From: an uncultured Gammaproteobacteria bacterium
GTDB lineage: Bacteria > Pseudomonadota > Gammaproteobacteria > Pseudomonadales > Halieaceae
Length of the DNA stretch: 64,000 bases
Reading direction: 5' to 3'
Assembly (NCBI GenBank): GCA_963844975.1
Contig: CAWJQO010000025.1
Span: 253 to 64,252, forward strand
Positions within the stretch are counted from its first letter, which is position 1; the number at the start of each line of letters is the position of its first letter. The notes under the pieces were generated by a model that saw only the letters and a program-made list of their open reading frames with translations, searched no databases and was not told where the DNA came from. A program made the position numbers and the translations under genes. This document shows, one piece after another, positions 33,861-44,673 of the stretch.

Positions 33861-34751
33861 TTGATCCATACGCTGGACGCTGCGCCGGTGATGGGAGTGT
33901 CACTGGCGAATGTGTCCCTGTTGCGACTGGATAAGGTTGGCCACCTGGCGCCGGGTAATAAGATTTTCAAGTTGCGCGACTATCTTGCCGAGGCAAAACG
34001 CCTGGCAGTACCTCGACTGGTGTCTTTTGGCGGCACCTGGTCCAATCATTTGCACGCGCTGGCAGCACTGGGTCATCAACATCAGATTGAAACAGTAGGT
34101 ATTGTCCGCGCCGAGGAGACTGAGCAGGAATCCGCCATGCTGACCGATGCCAAGCGTTGGGGGATGCGCATTGTCCATGTCAGCCGGCAGGAGTACCGGC
34201 AGCGCAATGATGTCGACTATCAGCAGCGACTCAACGAGCACTTCGCTCCGTGCCTGCTTATTCCTGAGGGCGGAAGCTCGGTGACAGGGGCCAGGGGCTG
34301 TGGCGCTATCGCCCAACTGATCCAGCGCAACACATCGTGGGCGACGCACATTGTGCTACCTGTGGGTACGGGGACGACATTGGCGGGACTGGCGGCGGCA
34401 TTGGACGACCGCTACGAAGTGCTGGGTATTTCTGCCTTGAAAGGAGCAACCGATCTGGAGCAACGGGTGCAGGCGCTGCTCGGCAAGCTGACGACAAGTC
34501 GCCACGCCCGCTGGCATATCCTGCACGATTACCATTGCGGCGGCTTTGCCCGCGTCAATTCCCCGCTGCGCGAGTTTATGCTGGCATTTGAAAGTGTTCA
34601 CGGGGTGCCGCTTGATCCGGTGTATACAGGCAAGATGTTGTTTGCCATTCACCAACTGTTCGAACGGGAAGAGTGTGACGCTGATGTGCCGCTATTGGCT
34701 ATCCATACCGGCGGACTGCAGGGCCGTCGTGGGTATCCGTGGTTGACCTGA
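33861..34751 (+). CDS. PLP-dependent ACC deaminase/D-cysteine desulfhydrase family protein
   Basis: GNKIFKL, SFGGTWSNHL, IPEGG, GTGTT, LDPVYTGK, IHTGGLQG. Confidence 0.88.
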   Translation: MIHTLDAAPVMGVSLANVSLLRLDKVGHLAPGNKIFKLRDYLAEAKRLAVPRLVSFGGTWSNHLHALAALGHQHQIETVGIVRAEETEQESAMLTDAKRWGMRIVHVSRQEYRQRNDVDYQQRLNEHFAPCLLIPEGGSSVTGARGCGAIAQLIQRNTSWATHIVLPVGTGTTLAGLAAALDDRYEVLGISALKGATDLEQRVQALLGKLTTSRHARWHILHDYHCGGFARVNSPLREFMLAFESVHGVPLDPVYTGKMLFAIHQLFEREECDADVPLLAIHTGGLQGRRGYPWLT

Positions 34752-35018
34752 TGGATTTGGGCTGGTTGGCCCGTACTTCGATCTCGTGTGCCCAAGCCTG
34801 GGCAGAGCAGTCCGCCATCGGTAGGGAAATGAGCGTAATGGTTATAACCCATCCGGGGATGGATGAAGGGCTCTGCAGGCTGTGCCATCTGCGGCTATGT
34901 GGCCTATACTCAATGCGACAGTGAACAAGAAAAATCAAGGGCATGCCAGGTCATCAGTACCTGAGTTTTCGGTCCTTAACGTTCTGTCTAAATATTCAAT
35001 CATCTAAAGGACTATCTC

Positions 35019-35423
35019 ATGAGCTTTTTCAGCAAGATACTAGCAAAACTTGGCATCGGTTCGGCCCAGGCTGCGACACCACCGCCAGTCGCCACGGCGC
35101 CCGCTGCGGCACCGCCAGTGGCCACGGCGCCAATGGCACCGCCACCTCCACAGCCCATCGCTCTGGTGGACGTGGTGGCCCAGCTCGAAGATTGGGCGGC
35201 CAGCAACCCGCAGAAACTGAACTGGAAGACGTCCATTGTCGATCTGCTGAAACTGCTGGAGCTGGATAGCAGTCTCGGCGCGCGCAAGGAGCTGGCCACT
35301 GAACTGGGTTGCCCAGCGGACTTCATGGGCGACTCTGCGAAGATGAATGTCTGGCTGCACAAGACCGTGCTGCAAAAGATTGCGGATAATGGTGGCAACA
35401 TACCGGATGACCTGCTGCAGTAA
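35019..35423 (+). CDS. DUF3597-like protein
   Basis: Pro/Ala linker, then LNWKTSIVDLLKLL...SSLGARKELA...DSAKMNVWLHK. Confidence 0.85.
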   Translation: MSFFSKILAKLGIGSAQAATPPPVATAPAAAPPVATAPMAPPPPQPIALVDVVAQLEDWAASNPQKLNWKTSIVDLLKLLELDSSLGARKELATELGCPADFMGDSAKMNVWLHKTVLQKIADNGGNIPDDLLQ

Positions 35424-35434
35424 CACCCGGCCGT

Positions 35435-36457
35435 TCACTGGCGGCGCCAGGCCGCCGGTGAAGCGCCATACCAGCGCCGGAAGGCACGACTGAAGTTTGC
35501 CGCCTCGCGGTAACCGAGAATTTCAGCTACATCCCCCACCTTGAGGCGGGCATTGCCCAGCAAGCGCTCTGCATATTCCCTGCGCAGGCTCTCCAGCACA
35601 TCCTTATAGGAGGTATGTTCGCGCTGTAGCTTACGGATCAGGGTACGCGGGGTCAGGTGCATTGAGTCTGCAAGCTGTTCAAGTGTCGGCGGCCGGCAAG
35701 GCTGCTCCTGGGAAAGCATCTGCGTATCAAAGTGATTGCACAACCGGTTGCGCACCGAGAATGCAACGCTGCCGGCCTGTTCGCGTGCGGCAATCAACTC
35801 GCGGCACCGTATCAAGTTAGCGCGATAGACAGATTCGTCGTACAAAGGTGAGGGTAACTGGCGCCACGCCAGCGGTACGGCGATCGAATTTTCGCTAGCG
35901 TCGAAGATGACCGCAGCGTCGTAGGCGGATATCAATCGTGCGCTATCAGGTGGCGCTGTATGGGAAAAACTTATCAGCACGTTCTTGCCTACCGGGTGGC
36001 CCAGGATGGTGGAGAGCAAAACCTCGATGACTTTTAGCACAACTTCCACCAGCCAGCGGGCAACATCGGTTTCGCCAGTCGCGTCATCGACGCGCAGAAA
36101 GTAGTGCGTATCTGTCGCGTAGGTGTGGGCGGTCATGGCCGTGTTGCGGCTCGCATAGAGCGTGCCCATCACGTCCATGGCCTCACCCAGGGTGGGTGCA
36201 CTCAGGGCCGCGAAACCCAGCGGTCCGTGTGCGGCGATACTGAATTGGGAGCCGAGTCGTGCGGTCCAGGCACAGTCGTTGATGCAGCGGTCATAATTGC
36301 GGAACAGGACACCCAGCTGCGCGGCATCAATGAACTCTGCTTCCGCCAGCGCATCCTCCGTGCTGGTCACGCCACGCAATAGTTCAGTGGCAGGCGCGAC
36401 CCCGGATTGCAGCACCAGCCGGGCATAGGCAGCTGACATCTCGATTTTTCTGGGCAT
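35435..36457 (-). CDS. AraC-family regulator divergent from alkB
   Basis: HGPLGFAALSAPTL ligand domain; RTLIRKL and LGYREAANFSRAFRRWYG HTH. Confidence 0.92.
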   Translation of the reverse strand: MPRKIEMSAAYARLVLQSGVAPATELLRGVTSTEDALAEAEFIDAAQLGVLFRNYDRCINDCAWTARLGSQFSIAAHGPLGFAALSAPTLGEAMDVMGTLYASRNTAMTAHTYATDTHYFLRVDDATGETDVARWLVEVVLKVIEVLLSTILGHPVGKNVLISFSHTAPPDSARLISAYDAAVIFDASENSIAVPLAWRQLPSPLYDESVYRANLIRCRELIAAREQAGSVAFSVRNRLCNHFDTQMLSQEQPCRPPTLEQLADSMHLTPRTLIRKLQREHTSYKDVLESLRREYAERLLGNARLKVGDVAEILGYREAANFSRAFRRWYGASPAAWRRQ

Positions 36458-36486
36458 TGGGCAACGCTAGCGCATCCGATTGTTTT

Positions 36487-36525
36487 TGTCACTAAATGAT
36501 AAGAAGTATGTCTTTTAGTGAAAAG
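36487..36525. promoter_or_regulatory. Tandem direct repeat, candidate AraC binding site
   Basis: TGTCACTAAATGATAAG (36487) and TGTCTTTTAGTGAAAAG (36509), 22 bp apart. Confidence 0.5.
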
Positions 36526-36581
36526 CCAAGAGACCTTTCAATGAGTTAACCTGCTCTCATACATAAAAGGAGGACTTTGCC

Positions 36582-37784
36582 ATGAGCACAACCTATGTAG
36601 TAGACAACCCCGAGCAGGGACATATCGAGTATACGGACAGGAAGCGGTATTTATGGATGTTGTCGCTGGCCATGCCGCTGTTTCCCATGTTGGGCATTGC
36701 CCTGTACTTCGCCTACGACTCCCAGTGGCTGCTGGGGATTCCGCTGCTGTTCAGCTATGTGATTGTCCCGTTGCTGGACTACGCCTTCGGTTCCGACGAG
36801 AACAACCCGCCGGAGGAAATTGTGCCGCAGCTGGAGCAGGATCGTTACTATCGACTGCTGACCTGGTTCACGGTGCCGATGCATTTCATCGTACTGATTG
36901 GCATTGCCTGGTTCGTGGGTACGCAGGATCTGACCGTCTGGTCCGTCCTGGCCCTGGCTATTACCGCGGGCAGTTACAGCGGCCTGGGTATCAACACCGC
37001 CCATGAACTGGGGCACAAAAAACCGGAGTTCGAGCGCTTGCTGGCAAAGATCGTGCTGGCGGTGCCGACCTACGGCCATTTCTGTATCGAGCACAATCGC
37101 GGCCATCATCGCGATGTGGCCACTCCGGAAGATCCCGCCAGTGCACGCATGGGGGAATCAATCTACAAATTCGTGTTGCGGGAAATCCCGGGTACCTTCA
37201 AGCGCGGCTGGGCCGTGGAGAAAGAGCGGTTGGCGCGCCTTGGCAAGAGCGAGTGGAGCATCCACAACGACATTCTGCAGTCCTATGCCATCAGCGCGGT
37301 ATTGCAGGGCTCGCTCATCATCGCCTTTGGCTGGATCATGATTCCCTTCCTGGCCATTCACAATTTCTGGGCGTGGTACCAGCTCACCAGCGCCAACTAT
37401 ATCGAGCACTACGGCCTGCTGCGGCAAAAGGAGGCCAGTGGCCGCTACGAGCGCTGCCAGCCCTATCACAGCTGGAACGCCAACTACATCTTCAGCAATA
37501 TTCTGCTGTTTCACCTGGAGCGCCACTCGGACCACCACGCCAATCCGACCCGTCGTTACCAGAGCCTGCGCAATTTCGACGGGATTCCCGAACTGCCCAA
37601 TGGCTACTACGGCATGTACCTGCTCGCCTACGTACCATGGCTCTGGTATAAAGTGATGGACAAGCGCGTACTCGAGCTGCCGCATATCAACGGAGATTTG
37701 GCCAAGGTCAATATCGATCCGCAGCGCCGCGATGAAATTTACGCGAAGTACGGCAACGGCCAGCACCTGACGTTGGCCACCTAG
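36582..37784 (+). CDS. alkB: Alkane 1-monooxygenase
   Basis: HELGH, EHNRGHH, NYIEHYG, LERHSDHHA. Confidence 0.95.
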   Translation: MSTTYVVDNPEQGHIEYTDRKRYLWMLSLAMPLFPMLGIALYFAYDSQWLLGIPLLFSYVIVPLLDYAFGSDENNPPEEIVPQLEQDRYYRLLTWFTVPMHFIVLIGIAWFVGTQDLTVWSVLALAITAGSYSGLGINTAHELGHKKPEFERLLAKIVLAVPTYGHFCIEHNRGHHRDVATPEDPASARMGESIYKFVLREIPGTFKRGWAVEKERLARLGKSEWSIHNDILQSYAISAVLQGSLIIAFGWIMIPFLAIHNFWAWYQLTSANYIEHYGLLRQKEASGRYERCQPYHSWNANYIFSNILLFHLERHSDHHANPTRRYQSLRNFDGIPELPNGYYGMYLLAYVPWLWYKVMDKRVLELPHINGDLAKVNIDPQRRDEIYAKYGNGQHLTLAT

Positions 37785-37795
37785 GAGACTGCGCA

Positions 37796-37963
37796 ATGGG
37801 TAAATACCGCTGCCCCGGCTGCGATTACACCTACGATGAGCAGCAGGGGGATACTCATGAGGGCTATCCCCCTGGCACACCGTTTGATTCGCTGCCGGAG
37901 GAGTTTACCTGCCCCGATTGTGCGGTGCGCTACAAAGAAGACTTCCAGCAAATTGACGAGTAA
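37796..37963 (+). CDS. Rubredoxin, AlkG1/AlkF type (55 aa; not in the ORF track)
   Basis: Manual translation MGKYRCPGCDYTYDEQQGDTHEGYPPGTPFDSLPEEFTCPDCAVRYKEDFQQIDE; AGGAG RBS. Confidence 0.93.
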   Translation: MGKYRCPGCDYTYDEQQGDTHEGYPPGTPFDSLPEEFTCPDCAVRYKEDFQQIDE

Positions 37964-37969
37964 CTCCCG

Positions 37970-37995
37970 GAGCCGGGTTGCCCCTCGCCCGGCTC
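37970..37995. terminator. Hairpin between convergent rubredoxin and rapA genes
   Basis: GAGCCGGG...CCCGGCTC inverted repeat; no U-tract. Confidence 0.35.
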
Positions 37996-38005
37996 ACGAT
38001 TGCCC

Positions 38006-40772
38006 TCAAGTGGTGATGATCAAGCGCAGGGCCTGCAACTGCAGGTTGGCGTGCTGAATATGAATGGCGCACTCTTCGATACGGTAGCTGAGATGGTCGA
38101 GTTCTTCCTGACGAATGGAAGGATTGACTACTCTCAAAGCGGTGAGGCGATCCAATTCCGTACCCAGGGCTTGGCACATCGCTTTCTCGGCATCGGTCAG
38201 TATGTTCTGAAGTTTCGTTTCGGCCTGTTGGGCTGCCAACGACATTTTATCTTCGACCTCAACACGGACCTGCTTAATAATCGCCAGCGCGGTAGATTTC
38301 TTCACCTTTTCAATTAATTGATTAAGACGTTCGTGTGGCACGAGATCGGCAAGATCCTTTCCCCTGGCATCCACCAGCAGGCGCATCGGGCTCATGGGCA
38401 GAAAACGCTCCACCTGCAGGGCGCGCGGCGCGATACAGCTTACCGTATAGAGCACTTCAAGCAACATTGTGCCAGGTGCGACGCCTTTGAGTTTGATAGT
38501 ACCGAGCGCCGCATTACCGAGTTCCGTTGAGTGCACCATGTCCATAGCCTGCAAAATCATGGGGTGTTCCCATGTCAGGAATTCTATGTCCTCCCTGGCA
38601 AGGGCCTTGTCGCGACTGAAGGTAACGGTGGTGCCGTCTTCCCTAAGACAGGGAAAATGGCCGGTGAGCATATGTTCAGAGGGACGGAGTATCAGGGTTC
38701 TTTCCGAGTGAAATTCCTGGTCGACGCCGAAGGTCTCGCAGAGCGCCTCGAGGTAGTGCTCCAGTGTGTCGTCGGATTCATCAGCGGCGATTTCATCGAT
38801 CAATTTTCTGGCTATTTCCGGCTTGCAGGAATTACGCTCCAGCAATTTGTCGCGGCCTTCACGCAATTCCTGTCGAGTTTTTGCGGTAAAAGCTGCGCTG
38901 TCTGCAAGTAACGCGTCAAATGTTTCAGTACGTTGTTCCAGTTGCGACAATAGGCGGTCCCGGAACGATTCAAAAATCATGTAGCCGGCAGAGCAGCTGT
39001 CGCGGAACAGGTTAAGCCCGCTGTCATACCATTCAAACAGGGACTGCTGTGCCGTCTGCTCCAAATAGGGAACATGGATGTCTACATCGCATTGCTGCCC
39101 TATGCGGTCAAGACGCCCGATACGTTGCTCCAGCAAGTCCGGATTCATCGGCAGGTCGAACAGTATCAGGTGATGAGCGAATTGGAAGTTTCGCCCTTCA
39201 CTGCCGATTTCCGAGCAAACAAGGGTTTGCGCTCCATTCACTTCATCAGCGAAATATGCCGCGGCACGGTCTCGTTCAATGATTGACAGGCCCTCATAGA
39301 AGGCGGATGAACGAATTCCGGATCGCAGGTGCAAATGGTGTTCCAGAGCGACAGCGGTGGTGGCGTGCGCACAAATGACCAGGACCTTGGCGGGCCGCAG
39401 TTGTTTCAGGGTTTGCTCCAGCCAGGCCACACGCGGGTCGAAAGCCAGCCAACTATCGTCGACATAGGTCAGCTCAGGATAAAGCCGCTCCTTGAAGATC
39501 TGCCGTGGCGAGCGTATATTGCTCGGGAGCAGCCAGAGGGTAGTGGTGCAGTACTCGTCGAGGAAAACCTGCAACTGCGGCTCGGGTATTCCTGAAAAGT
39601 ACCCGTCCTGTGCCATGTCGATCCAGTATTTGCTCGATGAGGGCTGGGATCGGGGCCGCCGGGTCCAGTCCGGCGGGCAGTTCTTCGACGCTTTGGCCTT
39701 TTTCCAGGGCGTCGGCCAATTCACTCCACTTGCGGTACTGCAGTTCTTCCTCCTGGAACCGTTGGAGGTCATGAAAGCGCGTGGGATCCAGCAAACGCAG
39801 GCGGGCGAAGTGACTGGCCTGCCCGATTTGTTCTGGCGTGGCCGTGAGCAGCAACAGCCCGGCGGTCTGCCGCGCCAGCGCTGCAACAAAAAGATAGTCG
39901 TCGCCTGCGCTGTCCTGCGACCAGTGCAGGTGATGGGCCTCGTCAATGGCCACCAGATCCCACCCTGCGGCTAACGCCTGCTTCTGAATTTCAGGCTGCG
40001 ACAGAAATAAATCGAGGCTGCTCAGCACCAACTGTTCTGTCTCGAATGGATTGCCCTCGGTGATTTCAGCGAGGCGCTCGAGCATCGAACAGGGAGAAAT
40101 GTAAGTTGAAGCGGCGCAGCATTTCTACCAGCCACTGGTGCAGCAAGCTGGGAGGCACCAGAACGAGAATCCTCGATGCCCGGCCTGTCAGCAGTTGCTG
40201 CTGAATGATCATCCCCGCTTCAATCGTTTTGCCAAGCCCGACCTCGTCCGCCAGCAGTACTCGCGGCGCGTGCCGCTGACCCACTTCATTGGCGATGTAA
40301 ATCTGGTGCGGCAAGAGGCTGGTGCGTGAACCCATGAGGCCGCGGACGGGAGAGCGCTGTAACTTGTCCGCATGGAAGAATGTTGCGACAGCGCAGGGCA
40401 AATTCGCTGTGTTTGTCAAAATGGCCGTTGAGCAAACGCTGTTGTGGTGTGGTTAGTTGGACGAATGCATCGAGCTCAAGCTCAGAAACAGTTAACTCGC
40501 TGTTCGTGGTGATCCGTGCCCACGTAGACCAATAGCCCCTGATGCTCCTTGACTTCGGTTACCAGCACATCCACTTTATCGACGGTGGAAATATGGTCTC
40601 CTGCCTTGAATCGTAATCGGGTGAGGGGCGCGTTCTCCATCGCGTAGGTACGTTCCTCGCTGACAGCGGGAAAGGTGAGCGTCACCCGTCGCCCCTCAAT
40701 ATCAACGACGATGCCAAGCCCTAATTGCGCGTCAGCGTGGCTGACCCAACGTTGTCCGACAATATAGTCCAT
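38006..40772 (-). CDS. rapA: RNA polymerase-associated SWI2/SNF2 protein (several frameshifts)
   Basis: GQRWVS...[52 protein letters not shown]. Confidence 0.95.
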
Positions 40773-40916
40773 CAGTGAGGTTTGCCTGTGATTTTCGAGC
40801 CGGGTGCATTTGCAACGGCGCGTAGTCTATCACTGTAGAGCGTGAAGAAGCTTGGCAGATTGCTCACGGATTTGAGTAGGGCGCTTGGTAGTCTCAAAAA
40901 AGTTTTGCAGGAAACT

Positions 40917-41721
40917 TCAGAAAAAGAGACTTCCGCTGTTGCTATAGGCATGGCGCAATAATTCTTCAACGTCCAGCTCCTTGATCGCGGCCACTGTTTC
41001 GGCAATAAAGGGCAGATAATAGGGTGCGTTGGGTCGGCCACGATAGGGAACTGGAGTCAAATACGGAGCATCGGTTTCCAGTAATAACTGCTCTACTGGC
41101 GTGGCGGCGACTACCTGCCGCACATTTTCCGCACGGTTGAAGGTGATGATGCCATTGAACCCCAGCATAAAGCCTTCTGCCAGACAGAATTCCGCCAGTT
41201 CCATGCTGGAGGTGAAGCTGTGTATCACGCCCTTGCGGGAGAGGGAAGCGCTGTAATTGCGCAATATATCGCGTGTGTCGGCATCAGCGTCGCGGGTATG
41301 AATGATAACAGGCAGGTCGAGTTCTGCAGCAGTCTGCAGTTGCTGTTCAAACACCAGGCGCTGCACCGAGCGGTCCGCATGGTCGTAGTAATAATCGAGC
41401 CCAATTTCTCCCACTGCAAGTATCCGCGCGTCTGTCGCATTCGCCCGGATGGTCTCATCGATCTCGCGGTTATAGGACTCTGCTTCGTGTGGGTGTATAC
41501 CTTGAGAGCCCCAGATATTGGGGGAATATCTGGTGAGTTCCATTACCCGGTTCAGGTTGCCTGGTGATACAGCGATAGTGATGATCCGCTCTACTCCTGC
41601 CGGCACTTGATTTTTCAAGGGTGATGTCCAGCTCTGCCTGCTCAAGGTAATCAAGGTGGCAGTGTGTTTCGATGATGGGTGTCTCAAAGCGCGGAATATC
41701 ACGCCGTTTTTTGTTACTCAT
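40917..41721 (-). CDS. TatD-family hydrolase (frameshift near 41610)
   Basis: ETHCHLD, GIHPH, GEIGLDY, IIHTR, IHSF, LETDAPYL. Confidence 0.92.
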
Positions 41722-41840
41722 TGTCGTCTATCGCTGTGGGTCTGTCCTGGCTGCGGTGATTCTCGCACTTTGCTTTTAGTGAAGGGCATCGTGAGCTCGA
41801 TGGTCTGTCATCCGGTTAGGCAATGATTAGCCACTAACCA

Positions 41841-43496
41841 CTATTTGAGTTTCGGCTTTGGTTTAGCGGTTGAGCGTCGGGTGGCCTTGAGTCGGGTTGT
41901 CGTGGTTTGGGATTTAATCTTGCCTGGTGTCCGCTTTTTCGCCCTGGCGCTAGTGGTAGTCTTGTTTGACGCAACTTTGGTCTGGGCTTTTCCTCCAGTA
42001 ACAGCCCGAACTCGCTTGGGTGAGCTAATCCTGGCCTTGGCAGCAATTGCCGCACTTTTGGGCTTGCCGGGTCCCAACTTGATGGCTGCCGCGTAGAGCT
42101 CCTCGTAGGCGGCAACCAGGCAGTCGTGATAGAACTCGGGGTCTGGCATGATGTCCCGGTCTGCCAGCACGGACAGGGTTATTTTCCCCGAATAACTGAA
42201 CACCAGGTGGAATATCCCCATACCCGGCGTCAGTACACCCAGGCCGTAATAATCCACCATCCTGGCGCCGGCGCAATACAGCGGAAAGTCGGGGCCCGCG
42301 ACATTGGAAATGCAGGTCGAGATATTCATCGGAATGTGCCTGGACAGCTCATTGCGCGACCAGAACCTGGCCACCGACTTTGAGATCACCGGAGAAAAAA
42401 CACCCGCCAACTTCAGTGCGTCCACCAGGGGGCTGGCTTCGCCACTCAGTTTGGCATTTTCTGTCGATTGCCTGATCGCGATGATGCGCTCCAGCGGGTC
42501 AGCGATGTCGGTATGTAGGGAGGCAAATACCGAACCGACCTGGTTATTTTCCTCGGTAGTTCCACGGCGTGTGCGCATGTTCAGGGGCATGGCGGCGGCC
42601 AGGGAGCCCTCTGCGGGCGCCTCTCCCTTAGCTGTGAGGTAGCGCTGCAGCGCGCCGCCGATGACGCCGAGCGCTACGTCATTCACAGTGACACCGGCGG
42701 CATTCTTGATGTCCTTAAAGCCCTCCAGGGGAAATTCCGCCGCGTCGAATACACGGTGAGGGCCAACCGGCTTGTTCAGGATGGTTTTAGGGGCAGACAC
42801 ATCCGGAGCAGGAATCTCATTGCGTGCGATGTCCAGCGCATACTTGGTCAGGTCGCGCGCACTTCTGACAGTTCCGCTGAACAATTGCACGGTATTTTTT
42901 ACACTATTGATGGTCGCCTTGGTCAGCAGTTCGCCAACCGAAGGAATGGTGTCTACCAGGCGCGGTTCGGCTTCAGACGAAAGATTGTATTCGGGGTCAG
43001 GTACCAGGTCGTGCAGTGCGGCCATAAAGGAGGCGCCTCCGGCGCCGTCGACCAGGGAATGGTGCATCTTGGTATACACGGCAAAACAACCTTTGGGCAG
43101 GTTGGGGATATTGTCCAATCCTTCGATAATATAGGCCTCCCACAGGGGGCGCGACATGTCCAGTGGCCGGGAGTGCAGGCGCGCCGCCTGGATACACAAC
43201 TGGCGCCAGTCGCCGGGCTCGGGCAGGGCGATATGCCGCAGGTGAAACTCCACATCGAAGTTGGCGTCTTTAATCCAGTACGGTCGATCCAGCCCGCCGG
43301 GCACTTCCACCAATCGGGTGCGAAACAGGGGCAGATTGCCGAGCCTTCGCTCGAAACTGGCAATCACGTCCTTGAAGCGAACAAAGCCACCCGGGGCAGT
43401 TGACGGGTCATAGATTCCAATACCTCCGACGTGTTGCGGAGTGTTGGTTTGCTCCAGATTAACGAAAGCGGAGTCGAGTATTCCTAGTTGTTTCAT
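41841..43496 (-). CDS. Wax ester synthase/diacylglycerol acyltransferase with a basic C-terminal tail
   Basis: PQHVG, LDMSRPLWE, HHSLVDG catalytic motif, TVNDV, ISNVAGP. Confidence 0.93.
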   Translation of the reverse strand: MKQLGILDSAFVNLEQTNTPQHVGGIGIYDPSTAPGGFVRFKDVIASFERRLGNLPLFRTRLVEVPGGLDRPYWIKDANFDVEFHLRHIALPEPGDWRQLCIQAARLHSRPLDMSRPLWEAYIIEGLDNIPNLPKGCFAVYTKMHHSLVDGAGGASFMAALHDLVPDPEYNLSSEAEPRLVDTIPSVGELLTKATINSVKNTVQLFSGTVRSARDLTKYALDIARNEIPAPDVSAPKTILNKPVGPHRVFDAAEFPLEGFKDIKNAAGVTVNDVALGVIGGALQRYLTAKGEAPAEGSLAAAMPLNMRTRRGTTEENNQVGSVFASLHTDIADPLERIIAIRQSTENAKLSGEASPLVDALKLAGVFSPVISKSVARFWSRNELSRHIPMNISTCISNVAGPDFPLYCAGARMVDYYGLGVLTPGMGIFHLVFSYSGKITLSVLADRDIMPDPEFYHDCLVAAYEELYAAAIKLGPGKPKSAAIAAKARISSPKRVRAVTGGKAQTKVASNKTTTSARAKKRTPGKIKSQTTTTRLKATRRSTAKPKPKLK

Positions 43497-43802
43497 GATT
43501 TATCGAGGTTCCCTGCGGACAATTCCATCACCGTTGAAGGGCAGTCGAGTGCCGCAAAATTTTCACTTGGATCAGGTATGGCTGCCACTCCCTACCGGCT
43601 CATCCGCGCCAGGCTGATCGCGAGGTGGATGCGTGCAAACGGTACATTGGGAAAATTCTACAAAACAGAGCTGATTATATAGCATCGATTAAGGCTGCAG
43701 GCCACAATGCCTGGTCTAAAAATTGGCCAACAAGCTAATTATTTAGCATAAATTGTCGCGCTGCAACTTAAGCCACGCCATGCCTGCGTCCTGCAGTCGA
43801 GA

Positions 43803-44426
43803 TCACGCGTTTTCCAGCACCATAAGGGCGCCACGGGCCTTGATCGGAGAGTCGGTTTGCCATTCAATGATCTCGGCACAGTGGCGGTCTTTGCAGCGCC
43901 GCGCCATGTCAAAGAAAGTCGAACGTTCAGGGTCGGCGATTACGATGTGTTTCACACCGGCCTTTACTGCACGATTGACCATGTTAAAAACCGGATCCAC
44001 CAATTCATCCCAGAAGCAGATATCGGCGGCGATAAGCATATCGAACTGGGACAGCTGCCTGGTGCTCAATTTTTCAAAGCTGGAAACCAGTGGAGTCGTA
44101 GTCACTCCATTCAGGCTGGCCGAGGCCTCCAGAAATGGAAATACATCGGGATCCGCATCGACTGATGTGACCTGCGCGCCGAGGGTCTTCGCGCACCAGA
44201 TGCCAGAGATGCCCCAGCCGCAACCCACGTCGATAACATTTTTACAATGCGCAGGTCGATTTTTGTTCAGGTAATCGATTAACAGGCGACTGGACTTCCA
44301 CAGCTTATTGCCGTGAATGGAGGGGTAGGCGCCCTGGCGCCTGACCTGACGAATTACCGGGTGTGAACTCGTGGGCATGGTAACGCCGCGAAAGCGGTGT
44401 CCGGTCCGTGGTTTATGTTGATTCAA
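43803..44426 (-). CDS. Class I SAM-dependent methyltransferase
   Basis: HGNKLW, VIDVGCGWG, AADICFWD, IADP. Confidence 0.85.
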   Translation of the reverse strand: MNQHKPRTGHRFRGVTMPTSSHPVIRQVRRQGAYPSIHGNKLWKSSRLLIDYLNKNRPAHCKNVIDVGCGWGISGIWCAKTLGAQVTSVDADPDVFPFLEASASLNGVTTTPLVSSFEKLSTRQLSQFDMLIAADICFWDELVDPVFNMVNRAVKAGVKHIVIADPERSTFFDMARRCKDRHCAEIIEWQTDSPIKARGALMVLENA

Positions 44427-44673
44427 CTTGATTCCCTTGTATTGTCCTGCGGCTAAAGCCGGATTGCCGATGATCCATTCTAGATTGCTCAGTTTAGTTC
44501 CCGGCTATCCAAATTCCAAAGCTGGCCATTGTGTCATTGCGTGGCTGCGCGCGCCACCCTCTGGCTGTCTGTGCCAGCAGCAAAATTGCTGCACTGGATC
44601 AGGCCAGTCCACTGCGCTACGATGGCACGGCAGATTTGTGGGCATCGCGCGCAGACCAATCGAGGGGTGGTTA

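Noticed and set aside
34649-34944. Small ORFs between the deaminase and DUF3597 genes
   Set aside because: No recognisable motif or RBS, and the frames conflict
38006-40772. SNF2 helicase as a defence-system component
   Set aside because: It is the housekeeping RapA, with no defence-type neighbours
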